In this document: piece after piece, positions 1 through 10,141 of the stretch | How positions within the stretch are numbered: position 1 is the stretch's first letter | How the letters are laid out: each line of letters begins with the position of its first letter | Source: Verrucomicrobiaceae bacterium | GTDB taxonomy: Bacteria; Verrucomicrobiota; Verrucomicrobiia; Verrucomicrobiales; Akkermansiaceae | Direction: 5' to 3' | DNA length: 64,000 bases | Assembly: GCA_051252135.1 (NCBI GenBank) | Contig: JBPOGH010000003.1 | Location: 1 to 64,000, forward strand | Program-made: the position numbers and the translations under genes | The notes under the pieces: model-generated | Told to the model about the DNA's origin: nothing | Seen by the model: the letters and a program-made list of their open reading frames with translations, nothing else | The model's database searches: none

Positions 1-225
1 AGGCGCGAAGGGTGACGCTGATGATCAGCGGCTCCCTGAGCAACGCCGCCAGAATCCAAAAGGGCTGCAGCTCCTCTCACCTCGGAAGCCAAGCTTCCCT
101 GGCTAAAAATCCATGAATCCTTTCAGCGTGCTTCATCTTGAATCAGTGTTTCCCTAGCCACCGCCCAACTTTCTCCACTTTAAGGATTCCTCGCCACCCC
201 TCCCTTTTTCATGATCCCCCCAATC

Positions 226-1641
226 ATGAACAAGCAACCCACCACCTCCTCCCGCCGCGACTTCCTCAAAAAATCCTCCGCCCTCGGCTTCACCTTCATC
301 CCCGCCTACCTCACCAGCGCCCGCGCCCAGAGCAACCCCAAGCTCCCACCCAGCCAACGCATCAATCTCGCCTGCGTCGGAGCCGGTGGCCGCGCCTCCG
401 GTGTCATCCCCTCCCTCTGCAAAGGCGGCATCGCCACCCCCATCGCCCTCTGCGATGTCGACTTCGAACTACCCAAAAACGTCGGCAAAACCCTCAAGGC
501 CTACCCCGACGCCAAACGCTTCCACGACTTCCGCGAAATGTTCGATCAAATGGGCAGCGACATCGACGCCGTCTCCGTCTGCTCCCCCGACCACACCCAC
601 TTCACCGCCGCCATCCAGGCCATGTCCCTCGGCAAGCACGTCTACGTCGAAAAACCCCTCACCCGCACCTTCGAGGAATCCGAAATCCTCATGCGCGCCG
701 AAAAGAAATTCGGAGTCGTCACCCAAATGGGCAACCAGGGACACACCGGACTCGGCATCAACCAATTCTCCAAAATGGTCGAGCTCGGCCTCTGCGACCA
801 CCTCACCCAACTCGACGCCTGGAAAACCCCCGGCCTCTGGTTCATGAAAAAAGGCGACCGCGCCAACAAACTCCCCCTATCCCAAGACCCCATCCCCGCC
901 TCCCTCAAAAACTGGGACCTCTGGTGCGGCCCCCGCAAACAACTCCCCTTCAACGCCCTCTACCACCCCTTCAACTGGCGCGGCTTTCACGAATACGGCA
1001 TGGGCATGCTCGGCGACTGGGGAGCCCACATTCTCGACTACCTCCACGACAAACTCGACATGGGCCTCCCCACCGAAATCAAAGCCCTCCGCATGGACGA
1101 TCACAACACCACCATCTTCCCCATCGTCTCCCAACTCTCCATGCACTTCCCCGCCCGCGGAAAAAACCGCCCCGCCATCGACCTCACCTGGAAGGACGGC
1201 GAGAACTGCCAACCCGAAATCCCCGCCCGCCTCCTCAGCCAAGGCCAAAAATCGCCCAAGCTCGCCGGCGGCGGAACCCTCTTCCACAGCCCTGACTCCC
1301 CCACCGCCATCCTCCGCGCCCACCACGGCGCCTCCCCCACCCTCGTCTCAAAAGACGACCAAAACAAATACGCCTCCCCACTCAAAGCTGTCCCCCACTC
1401 CCAACACGACCACTTCGCCGCCTTTATCCACGCCTCCATGGGCCAAGGCACCACCAACTCCCCCTTCAGCATCGGCGCCAAACTCACCCAGGTCTTCGCC
1501 CTCGGCACCATCGCCCAATACCTCAACACCGACCTCACCTTCGATCCCGACACCAAACAATTCATCGGCAACGACACCGCCAGCGCCCTCCTCAACCCAC
1601 CCGCCCGCAGCGAGTGGCAAGGCCACTACAAGCTGGCCTAG
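226..1641 (+). CDS. Tat-exported Gfo/Idh/MocA family oxidoreductase
   Basis: SSRRDFLK twin-arginine signal; Rossmann GAGGRA; SPDHTH, HVYVEKPL and QMGNQG motifs typical of the family. ATG 211 is an alternative start. Confidence 0.9.
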   Translation: MNKQPTTSSRRDFLKKSSALGFTFIPAYLTSARAQSNPKLPPSQRINLACVGAGGRASGVIPSLCKGGIATPIALCDVDFELPKNVGKTLKAYPDAKRFHDFREMFDQMGSDIDAVSVCSPDHTHFTAAIQAMSLGKHVYVEKPLTRTFEESEILMRAEKKFGVVTQMGNQGHTGLGINQFSKMVELGLCDHLTQLDAWKTPGLWFMKKGDRANKLPLSQDPIPASLKNWDLWCGPRKQLPFNALYHPFNWRGFHEYGMGMLGDWGAHILDYLHDKLDMGLPTEIKALRMDDHNTTIFPIVSQLSMHFPARGKNRPAIDLTWKDGENCQPEIPARLLSQGQKSPKLAGGGTLFHSPDSPTAILRAHHGASPTLVSKDDQNKYASPLKAVPHSQHDHFAAFIHASMGQGTTNSPFSIGAKLTQVFALGTIAQYLNTDLTFDPDTKQFIGNDTASALLNPPARSEWQGHYKLA

Positions 1642-2012
1642 GAGGTACTTCTATCAAGCTCATTCAGAATATCCCTAAGGCTGCCATTCTTCCACCTTCC
1701 AGGATGCCCATCCTGAAGTCTCAAGGAAACTCTTCGCAGTTGATGCCTAACTATTCGCGCGAGGGACAATAAGAGGACACAGACACCAGCACTTCCTCAC
1801 TCAGTCCCTGTGCTTCTGAAGCAAGGATCAACTCCACACTCATAAAAAACACTTTGAAGCATGGATTTTGGGGGGACACTAGTTTGGCACTCTTTTTTAT
1901 AAACCATCAGCATTCTTCTAATTTGCTTTCCACAAATGTGTCTTTTTAGGCAGCAACCGCCTTTTTTTATTGTCGTTCCCAAAAAAAACGATCTGAATTG
2001 ACCTGCATCTGT

Positions 2013-2699
2013 ATGACAAACAAACTACTCAAAATTGCCGGAGCACTCCTCCTAGGGATGTCGCTGAACTCTTACGCCGTTGTGACCGTCCTCGCCGACG
2101 ATTGGGATGGCACCTCAACTGGAACCGTGAACCCGTCTGGTGGCGTCACAATGACCACCGTCGCTGATCCTACCGACGCCGGAAACATGGTCGGCCAGCT
2201 GAACTTCAACGGCGGCAACCAATGGCAAAGTCTTGCCACTGTCAATGTCGCGATTCCGGCGACCGTGGTTCCCGGAACCGACACCGTCACCTTCAGCTAC
2301 CGGGTCTATATCCCTTCGGCGGGCAATGGTGGCATCGCTACGGTTGGAACCAACTTCGGCAATTCTGATTCCTTCAACAATCTTGTGAAGATCAACCAGG
2401 ACGGCGGCGATACTTATCCTCCTTCCACCCAAAATCCCATCAACGGTGCTTTCCCACTTGACCAGTGGCACACCATTAGCGCTACTGGAGTCATTCCAGC
2501 CACCGATAACGATCCGGTCGGCCCAACGACCAGCACACGCCTGATTGTGAGCATCCGTGACATCAGCAATGATAGTGCAACTGGACTTCTTGGCTACGTG
2601 GATGATCTTTCCATCACCTTCAGCGAATCCGTCCCTGAGCCAAGCTCAGCCGCATTCCTCCTTCTCGGTGCAGCTGGACTCGTTCGCCGCAAGCGATAA
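2013..2699 (+). CDS. PEP-CTERM sorting domain protein
   Basis: Signal peptide MTNKLLKIAGALLLG..SYA; C-terminus VPEPSSAAFLLLGAAGLVRRKR. Confidence 0.93.
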   Translation: MTNKLLKIAGALLLGMSLNSYAVVTVLADDWDGTSTGTVNPSGGVTMTTVADPTDAGNMVGQLNFNGGNQWQSLATVNVAIPATVVPGTDTVTFSYRVYIPSAGNGGIATVGTNFGNSDSFNNLVKINQDGGDTYPPSTQNPINGAFPLDQWHTISATGVIPATDNDPVGPTTSTRLIVSIRDISNDSATGLLGYVDDLSITFSESVPEPSSAAFLLLGAAGLVRRKR

Positions 2700-2726
2700 G
2701 TCATCCTTTCTTCAATACTTCGAATC

Positions 2727-2758
2727 AAAAGCCGCTGGAATTTCCAGCGGCTTTTTTT
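2727..2758 (+). terminator. Intrinsic terminator (possibly bidirectional)
   Basis: AAAAGCCGCTGGAA-T-TTCCAGCGGCTTTTTTT. Confidence 0.85.
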
Positions 2759-3063
2759 AGGGCAATCCGTTTACGAATTCTACGAAAAGATCAGCTTGTG
2801 CGCACACTCCCCATCAATTTCTACAGGCAGCGATCTCTCCGCTCCTTGCCCCCCACCTGGAAATTGACAACACCCACAACCTCGGTCTCTTCATCGCCGC
2901 AAATTGCCAGTCAATAACTGACCTTACCCGTTCCACGCAGAAAGAACTTTCGAGGCGATACATTAAGGCACGGCTCTCACCACTCTCAGTCGGTAAAAAT
3001 TCGGACCCACCGTCCCATGCTGGCTATCGGTAAACTCCCCCCTCCCCAATTGATCCACCCTCC

Positions 3064-4098
3064 CTACCGCCCCCCGCGGTCCCCAAATTCACTCAGCCAC
3101 CTCTCCAGAGCCGACTCCACGCTCTCAAACTGCTCCCGCGCCTCCGAACCTTCTTCAGGCACCCCGCTCTCATCGATCCCCTGGTGATTTCCCGTCTGTT
3201 GGAGATTACTGTGCAGCCACTCCGCAAAGGCCTCATCTCCCAGCTCTTGCCTCAGTTGCTCCAACTGCGGTGGCAGCGGAGGCTCTTCTTCCATGAAATT
3301 CTCCAGAACGATCGGGGGCAATTCCATCAGATAGCTCTCAAGCCAAAGCTCAAGCACCTGCTCCTCATTCTGAAACTCCACCAGCTTCAACGGCTCATTC
3401 TCCTCCCAATAAACAACCAAGGGCTCACAAATCCCCTGCAAATTCCCCCAATCATCCAGATTCCCCACCAGCAACTGCGCAAAATCATAATCCCCCCAGT
3501 CCAATCGCACCTCCTCAAACACCGGAGGCAGTTCCAGCTCGGGCAGCACCAACGCCGCCTCGTTTTCCAAATCCTTCAGCCAAAAACGAAGCGCCTCCTC
3601 CTGTTCGTAAAATTGCTCCCGGCTTCCCTCATCCAGCGCGTCAACCTCCTCGGACGAGACCCCCTGCAACGTCCCCGATTGCTCCTGATTCGACCGCAAC
3701 CACTGCGCAAACTGCTCGTCCCCCAATTCCATCCGGAGCTGCTCCAGCTGCGGAGGCAACGCCACCACGGGATCAAAACACTCAAAACGATAAAACTGCT
3801 CGGGCAACTCAATCGCCCCCAGATCCACAAATTCATAAATCCCCTCACCCGCCTCACAAACCCCTCCCGCAAACACCCAACACTCCAGATCCCCACTCGA
3901 CCACACCCGAAGCTGCAATCCCGGCTCCGCCTCAAACGTCACCGTGCACGCCTCCCCAACCGGGCGCAGCAGCTCCACCTTTTCGAGCACCAAGGGCTCC
4001 TGACCCCACAAATTCCCGGCTCCGCCTAAAGCCACAAAAGAAGAGAGAACACCGGCACCACAGGCCTGACCGATTCCGAAACGAGAGATTGCTTTCAT
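3064..4098 (-). CDS. Secreted acidic hypothetical protein with three internal repeats
   Basis: Signal-like N-terminus (MKAISRFG...); three copies of LPPxxExxRxxxGDxxFAxxL..N...G..QG. Confidence 0.75.
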   Translation of the reverse strand: MKAISRFGIGQACGAGVLSSFVALGGAGNLWGQEPLVLEKVELLRPVGEACTVTFEAEPGLQLRVWSSGDLECWVFAGGVCEAGEGIYEFVDLGAIELPEQFYRFECFDPVVALPPQLEQLRMELGDEQFAQWLRSNQEQSGTLQGVSSEEVDALDEGSREQFYEQEEALRFWLKDLENEAALVLPELELPPVFEEVRLDWGDYDFAQLLVGNLDDWGNLQGICEPLVVYWEENEPLKLVEFQNEEQVLELWLESYLMELPPIVLENFMEEEPPLPPQLEQLRQELGDEAFAEWLHSNLQQTGNHQGIDESGVPEEGSEAREQFESVESALERWLSEFGDRGGR

Positions 4099-4164
4099 AC
4101 CTCCTCCATCGCGGAGGCATCCGCCCGATGTCAAAAAATCGCACAAAAAGTCGCCCCGGAACCA

Positions 4165-7100
4165 TCAATTCCCAATCTCCACCCCAAGGCGGTAAAACGA
4201 TCTCGCCTCCCCGACATGCCCCTCATCGGTGTATTCCCCCGTCGTGATCCCCGCAGACAAGGGCGTAAACGGCAGCGCCAAATCATCCGTCCAGTAAACG
4301 GTATAAACCCGCCCCGGCTTCGCCTCCCAGGTCAGCACCCCGTTTTCCAGCTCCAGCCCAAGAAATGACGACCCGTCATTCGGATCCGTTCCCGCCACAT
4401 ACTCCATCAGATTATTCTGCCCGTCCCCGTCGGCATCCCCTCCCGCCAGCACCAAACCACCAAAGTGGATCTGCTCCCACACATCGGGAATCCCGTCCGC
4501 ATCGCTGTCGCCCGCGGTGATCACCCCCCAACTCCCCGGCCCCGTCCGCACCAGCGGCATCCCCGTTCCCGCCGCCGCTGCCGGCCACGGCTCCTGATTG
4601 AAATAGAACAATTCATCCACCACCACCCACGACACCTCCACCGCCCCCCCCGGGGCCTGCGGTGCCTCCAGCGCCACCCGCTCACCCCCGTTATCCAGCA
4701 CCCCGGCATAAGGGCCAAAAAACAACTCCTCCGCCACATTCAGACCATACGCCGCCCCAAACGCCCCCAGCCGTCCCGCATCCGCTGGATCAAATGACAC
4801 CACCCACAGCCGCTCCCCCGCTCCCAGTGACACCCCCGCCGGGAAGGTGTAGGAAACCCCGCCATCAATCCGATACGTCCCCGCCCCATTCTCCAGCACC
4901 ACCGTTCCCCCACTCTCATTCTTCAACTGAATGTATTCCAGCTCCGCTCCCGCCGGAGGAAGCGGATGATACATCAACTCACTGATCCGAACCCCCGCCG
5001 GAGCCACTTCGTTCGCCGCTCCCACCGTCGGTGCCGTCGCCATCCAGCTCGCCGATCCATCCGGATACCGACCCCACGACGCACCCAGCGCCTGACCCTT
5101 GAACCGCACCATGTCCACCACCCCGCCCGGAGACACCAGCAACAGCTGCTCACCCGCCCGATCCAACCCAAACCCGCTCGTCCGGTCCGGATGAAAATCG
5201 TCTTCATCAAAAACAACATACCCCATCCCCGGCACCACCGTCCCGTCCGGAATCGCCCACTTCATCGGATTTCCCGCATCATCACTCAGATACCAACCGT
5301 TCAGAATCACCGCCGACCCCGCCGGATTATAAAGCTCCACCTGGTCATTCGAATCAAAGGGCGCCGCCAATCCCGTGCTCGTATGCGCCACCACCTCGTT
5401 CAACACCACCCGCGCACCCGGCGACACATCACCCTGCCCCGGCGACCCGTTCCGATACGTGCTCGACCGCCAATTCCCGCCGTAGTCCAGCGACCCCCGC
5501 TCCTGATCGTAAACCGCAGGCGATAACGGCACCAACGAATGCCCCGCCCCATCAGCCGCCTGCGGCCAGTTCCGCCCATCACTGTAGCGGAACGAAACCA
5601 CCACCCGTCCATTGAACTCCAGATCCACCCGCTCCCCCGCGTTGCTCAACCCGCCCGCATACTCGCCCACCACCTGGATTCCCCCACCGTAGAAAGACGA
5701 GAACGCCCCCGCATCCTCCACCGCCACCAAAAATTCACCCGGCGCAAGCGTCCCGCTCAACGACAGCTCCACCCCGTTCCCAATCTTGTAGCCACTCAGA
5801 TCAACCGGCCACGCCGAGATATTCTGAATCTCAATGAAGTCATACTCACTCCCGCCCGCCGCATGATACATCACTTCCGTAAAGGCCAACGGAACCTCCG
5901 GCGTCACAAAAGTCCCCTCGCTCAGCGCACTCCACTCCGCCCCGTCAAAAGCCCGCGCCTTCACCCGAGTCGGCTGATCAATCGCAATCCCCCCGCCATA
6001 AATCTCCCCCGCCACCGCACCCCCGATCGCCCGCGGATCACTCCCGTCCGTCGTATAATAAATCGTCCCCGCCCCCGCACTCAGCGTCACCGCCGTTCCC
6101 GCCATCACCACTCCCTCGTCATGACTAAACTCCGGCCGCGCCACACCCGGAATCAACCCGTCAGCCGCCAGATACGCGATCACTTCATCGCTCCGGTCCC
6201 CCGCCCGCCCAGAGAAATCCCGCTGCCCCTCAACCGCCACCGCCCACGCATCACGGTCCAAGGTCGTACTTCCCCACCGGCTTGATTCCGCCACCACCGC
6301 CCGATCAATCTGTGCCGCCCGCGCATCCAGACGCGCCTCCATCTTCTCCCTCACCAACGGCCCATTCCCCTTCAGCTGCTTAAAAACCTGATCCGCAAAT
6401 TTCAACCGATACTCCGTATTCGACACCAGCTTGTCGTGCAGCGTCTGCGGATTAAAATACCGAAACTCCTGAAGCCGCGGATGGGTAAATGGTCCCGTCC
6501 GGTCCAGCTTCGCCGGGTACTTGAATGCCACCCGGTCATAGCTGATCTCCCCGTCATGGTGGATCCATTTGAAGCCATCCGGATTCTCCCGGTTGTAAAT
6601 CCCATACAAATTGTTCAGCAGATTATCCTGCCCCGTCCACCACGTGATCCCGTTGTCCACCGCTGCCGCGTAATAAATCCCCAGCAGAAAATTGATCATG
6701 TTCTCCACGTCCACCAGCCGCTCGTGCCCCGGGTCCCGCTCCCCGTTCGCATTCATCCCCTGCACCGAAAAATAAGCCGCATCACTCTCAAACCCCGCCA
6801 GCATCGCGCTGTGCAATCTCCGGTAGGCATCCAGATTCCCCGTCGGTGCCGGATCCTCAATCCAAAATCCCGATCCCACCGGCTGGTTGTCATAAGGACG
6901 CCAAATCTTCACCAAATCGTAATCATCCTTGTCCCCCCCAAAGTAATCCGCGCCAAAGTTCTCCTCCACCCGCTCCTCGGTCATATACATCCCCCAATAC
7001 TCCCCGTTCAGATAAATGTGACACCACGCACTCCGCGTCGCCACATCACCCATCGCCGCCGAGGAATCACGGAACACAATGTCCCGCAAAAAAGTGTTCC

Positions 7101-8952
7101 TGACATCAGCCTCCGCCGCCCAACTCCCCGCCTGCGTCGTCCGCAAGTCCATCTTCTTAAACGAGGTAACCCCGCCATCGCCAAAGAAATCATACTCCAA
7201 TCTTCCCTCCCCGTATTCATCCCGGAAAAACAACCGGAAGCTGTGCTTCGCAAACTGCGGGTTCCGGCTGTAACCACCCCGAATCCTCAAGCCCGCATCA
7301 ATCTGAAACCCCTTCTTCCCGTCCGCATGAATCCACTCGGCCGATGCCGGCCGCTCCCAACTCTCCGTCGCATTCACGTAAATCCCCACCTCCGGATCAA
7401 AAAGGTTCGCCTCGTCCGTCGTGATCGACAACGCCGGAATCGCCTTCAACGCATCCTGCACCGTCACCACATTTCCCGCCGCATCCAGATAGGTCTCCGC
7501 CAACACCGCCGCATCAATTCCCGTCACCATTTTCTGCCCGTTGATCGTCGTCAACGCCTCGGGAACCGTCACCAGATCATCCACAAAAAGATACGTATCC
7601 GTCCGCGTCGCCGATACCCGCTTCCCCTCTTGAAACGCCTTCACCCTCAGATTGGTCGTCTCTGAAATGCTCAGCGTCGCCGGAGCCAGCGGACTCCCCT
7701 CTCCCGGCTCGGAACCATCCGTCGTGTAGCGAATCTCCGCTCCCTCATCACCACTCGAGATCGCCACCTCAATCGCCGAATCATAAAATCCGCGCGCCGG
7801 ATGCACCGTCGGCGTCTCCAGAAAGCCCGAAAACAACACCCCCGTGTTAGCCCCTCCCGGAGTCGGCACCAGCAACTGGCCCACACTCGCCGGATCCAAA
7901 TCTCCCGCCAGGTGCGCCTCCAGCCTCGGCATAAAAATCACATCGTTCGAGGTCGCCGCCGAGTTCATCCCGTGAATCCCCAGCACATTCCCCACCTCCT
8001 TCAAGTCCGCCAGCCGCGCCGTCAAATCAAAGTCTTCAAACACCACCGCCTTCAAATCACTGTTACTCGTCGTCGACTTGCTATCGTACTCCAGCACCTC
8101 CGGAGCCTGCGAACTCCGCACCCCTTCCTCCCCATTCAAAAATGCCACAAACCCGTCCTCGTATTTCATCCTCAAGGTCAGCCCGTTCACCCGGCTCAAG
8201 TCAGCCACCCCAAACGGCACCCGCACAAACACCGAAGCATTCACGTTCCTCATCGCCGACACATCCAGCCCCACCAAACTCGTATAATCATTCGTCCCGC
8301 CCGGCGCCCCTTCATACCCCACCCCCGTCACCCCGCTCAGCCAACCGCTGTCATCAAACTCCGGACTCCGCCACGCCACCACATCCGTCGACGGCACCGG
8401 AATCAGCGCCCTGCACGCCGCCCCCTGATCAAAGATCACCTCCGTCCCCACCGACGGAAACCCAAACCCATAAGACGCATCCTCCGCCAAGTCCGGCAAC
8501 ACCACCTCATCCTCCACCGTCACCCCGTCCGGCCTCACCAACGCCAGGTATTCACCCGACGCACTCAGCTTGAAATTACTGTGCAACTCCGCTCCCGCCA
8601 CCGCCCGGTCCTTCCCCGACGCAAAGACCACCAAAAAACCCTTCCCCGTCAGACTCACATTCGGAAGCCGCCACTGCGTCCGGTCCCCCTCCTTGTCCGT
8701 CAAAAACCACCCGTCCAAACTCACCGGAACATCCCCCGTATTGTGCAACTCAACCCAATCCGAAAAATCCCCGTCCGCATCCGCCACCACACTCCCGTTG
8801 CTCGACATCGCCTCACTGATCCGCACCACCTGCCCCCACCCCATCGACACCCCCAAACCCAGCCCCAAAACAACGGTAGCCCTCAGCTTACCCACGAATT
8901 GATCAACGCGCTTTCCAAACATCCCGAAAACCCTAGATGTAATACACCTCAA
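4165..8952 (-). CDS. Large secreted lamin-tail / chitobiase-FN3-like / CotH kinase family protein
   Basis: Repeated lamin-tail motifs (ISEAM..DWVELHN; LNEVVA; ISELMYHP); IRYTTDGSEP; CotH-like GLRIRGGYSR and LNGEYWGMY..EER; DxDGDG repeats. Exact start uncertain. Confidence 0.85.
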   Translation of the reverse strand: MRCITSRVFGMFGKRVDQFVGKLRATVVLGLGLGVSMGWGQVVRISEAMSSNGSVVADADGDFSDWVELHNTGDVPVSLDGWFLTDKEGDRTQWRLPNVSLTGKGFLVVFASGKDRAVAGAELHSNFKLSASGEYLALVRPDGVTVEDEVVLPDLAEDASYGFGFPSVGTEVIFDQGAACRALIPVPSTDVVAWRSPEFDDSGWLSGVTGVGYEGAPGGTNDYTSLVGLDVSAMRNVNASVFVRVPFGVADLSRVNGLTLRMKYEDGFVAFLNGEEGVRSSQAPEVLEYDSKSTTSNSDLKAVVFEDFDLTARLADLKEVGNVLGIHGMNSAATSNDVIFMPRLEAHLAGDLDPASVGQLLVPTPGGANTGVLFSGFLETPTVHPARGFYDSAIEVAISSGDEGAEIRYTTDGSEPGEGSPLAPATLSISETTNLRVKAFQEGKRVSATRTDTYLFVDDLVTVPEALTTINGQKMVTGIDAAVLAETYLDAAGNVVTVQDALKAIPALSITTDEANLFDPEVGIYVNATESWERPASAEWIHADGKKGFQIDAGLRIRGGYSRNPQFAKHSFRLFFRDEYGEGRLEYDFFGDGGVTSFKKMDLRTTQAGSWAAEADVRNTFLRDIVFRDSSAAMGDVATRSAWCHIYLNGEYWGMYMTEERVEENFGADYFGGDKDDYDLVKIWRPYDNQPVGSGFWIEDPAPTGNLDAYRRLHSAMLAGFESDAAYFSVQGMNANGERDPGHERLVDVENMINFLLGIYYAAAVDNGITWWTGQDNLLNNLYGIYNRENPDGFKWIHHDGEISYDRVAFKYPAKLDRTGPFTHPRLQEFRYFNPQTLHDKLVSNTEYRLKFADQVFKQLKGNGPLVREKMEARLDARAAQIDRAVVAESSRWGSTTLDRDAWAVAVEGQRDFSGRAGDRSDEVIAYLAADGLIPGVARPEFSHDEGVVMAGTAVTLSAGAGTIYYTTDGSDPRAIGGAVAGEIYGGGIAIDQPTRVKARAFDGAEWSALSEGTFVTPEVPLAFTEVMYHAAGGSEYDFIEIQNISAWPVDLSGYKIGNGVELSLSGTLAPGEFLVAVEDAGAFSSFYGGGIQVVGEYAGGLSNAGERVDLEFNGRVVVSFRYSDGRNWPQAADGAGHSLVPLSPAVYDQERGSLDYGGNWRSSTYRNGSPGQGDVSPGARVVLNEVVAHTSTGLAAPFDSNDQVELYNPAGSAVILNGWYLSDDAGNPMKWAIPDGTVVPGMGYVVFDEDDFHPDRTSGFGLDRAGEQLLLVSPGGVVDMVRFKGQALGASWGRYPDGSASWMATAPTVGAANEVAPAGVRISELMYHPLPPAGAELEYIQLKNESGGTVVLENGAGTYRIDGGVSYTFPAGVSLGAGERLWVVSFDPADAGRLGAFGAAYGLNVAEELFFGPYAGVLDNGGERVALEAPQAPGGAVEVSWVVVDELFYFNQEPWPAAAAGTGMPLVRTGPGSWGVITAGDSDADGIPDVWEQIHFGGLVLAGGDADGDGQNNLMEYVAGTDPNDGSSFLGLELENGVLTWEAKPGRVYTVYWTDDLALPFTPLSAGITTGEYTDEGHVGEARSFYRLGVEIGN

Positions 8953-9349
8953 TGGGAAGCAATCTCTCCCGCCCCCTGGAAACAGATTTTCAAAAATGTC
9001 CTTTTAGGCACAGAAAAGCTCCTTTAGGCTGGGCCGATAAAATTTGCGGAGCGATGAAAATTATTCCCCTCTCTTGTTTCGTCCGCCAGTTCTTCAAGAT
9101 CGACCCCAAATAACGCCCTCCGCATCGCAGCCAACCCTCATGAGATCACTGCAAAACGCTGCCTTCCCGATCATTGGGATGGCATTTCCCATTTCTCTAT
9201 CTCCTGCCCCCACCACCGGCATCCTTACCAATCCATCGCCCACTCTACCCGGAAAAGGATTTTACCAACTCTGGCTCACCCCCTAAAAACAGATCACTTT
9301 CTACAAATCGAACCACCAATAACACAAAAAGCAAAAAAGAGACTCCATC

Positions 9350-10063
9350 ATGAAAATACCTCTCACTAAATCAACCGTTCTAACGATCTCCGGGATCGCC
9401 TTAGGATCATTCACCAGCCAAGCCGCAATCATCACTTGGGGACCCGCCACCCCGATCTCCACAGCCATCGGAAATTCATCCGATGTCTCCACCAATGGCA
9501 CCGTCGTTGAAGCATTTAACGCCGTCGCCAACGATCAAATTGGCACCGCCACCAACATCACGGTCAACGGCGTCACCTTCACCCCCACCACCAGCTTGTT
9601 GGATGCTGATCCAAAAAATGCCGGAGGAAACGATTTCTCAACTACGACCAATGGCGGAGATCCCACCTACGACGAGCTCGTGAGCACTCTTGAGTACGGT
9701 GGAGGAGGTAACCTGGTGACCCTCAACGTTGGCAATGGATTGCTCGGAGTGAATTCAACTTACGAGATTCAAATATGGTTCTCCGATACCCGTGCGGCTC
9801 AAGATAGCCGCGTCATGACCTTCGGCGACGGGTCCGGCAACGACGTGCTTCTCAACGATGCCTTCAGCATCGGCACGTTCACCGCAGACGGAACCAGCCA
9901 GACCCTCACGCTAAATAGCGAAGGCGCTCCCGGTCCTAACTTTGGCCAGGCCCATATCAGTGCCTACCAAATCCGATTGACCACCGCCGTCCCCGAGCCG
10001 GGTTCAGCTCTCCTTTCCGGACTCGCTGGACTCGCTCTTCTTGCGCGCCGCCGCCGGAGCTAG
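9350..10063 (+). CDS. PEP-CTERM sorting domain protein
   Basis: Signal peptide ending SQA; C-terminus VPEPGSALLSGLAGLALLARRRRS. Confidence 0.93.
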   Translation: MKIPLTKSTVLTISGIALGSFTSQAAIITWGPATPISTAIGNSSDVSTNGTVVEAFNAVANDQIGTATNITVNGVTFTPTTSLLDADPKNAGGNDFSTTTNGGDPTYDELVSTLEYGGGGNLVTLNVGNGLLGVNSTYEIQIWFSDTRAAQDSRVMTFGDGSGNDVLLNDAFSIGTFTADGTSQTLTLNSEGAPGPNFGQAHISAYQIRLTTAVPEPGSALLSGLAGLALLARRRRS

Positions 10064-10091
10064 ACGTCCTCTGACCCTTTGCCTTCTAAAC

Positions 10092-10123
10092 AGCGTCGGC
10101 TCTATCCGAGCCGACGCTTTTTT
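10092..10123 (+). terminator. Intergenic hairpin + T-tract (terminator/attenuator)
   Basis: 11-bp stem AGCGTCGGCTC/GAGCCGACGCT followed by T-run. Confidence 0.8.
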
Positions 10124-10141
10124 CTAACTTCCAACCTCGTC

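Noticed and set aside
1883..1902. TTGGCAC as a sigma-54 -24 box upstream of a PEP-CTERM gene (also TGGCACG near 58877)
   Set aside because: No TTGC at the -12 position
2760..3060. Possible gene remnant in the spacer between convergent genes
   Set aside because: The frame examined is interrupted by stops and has no recognisable similarity
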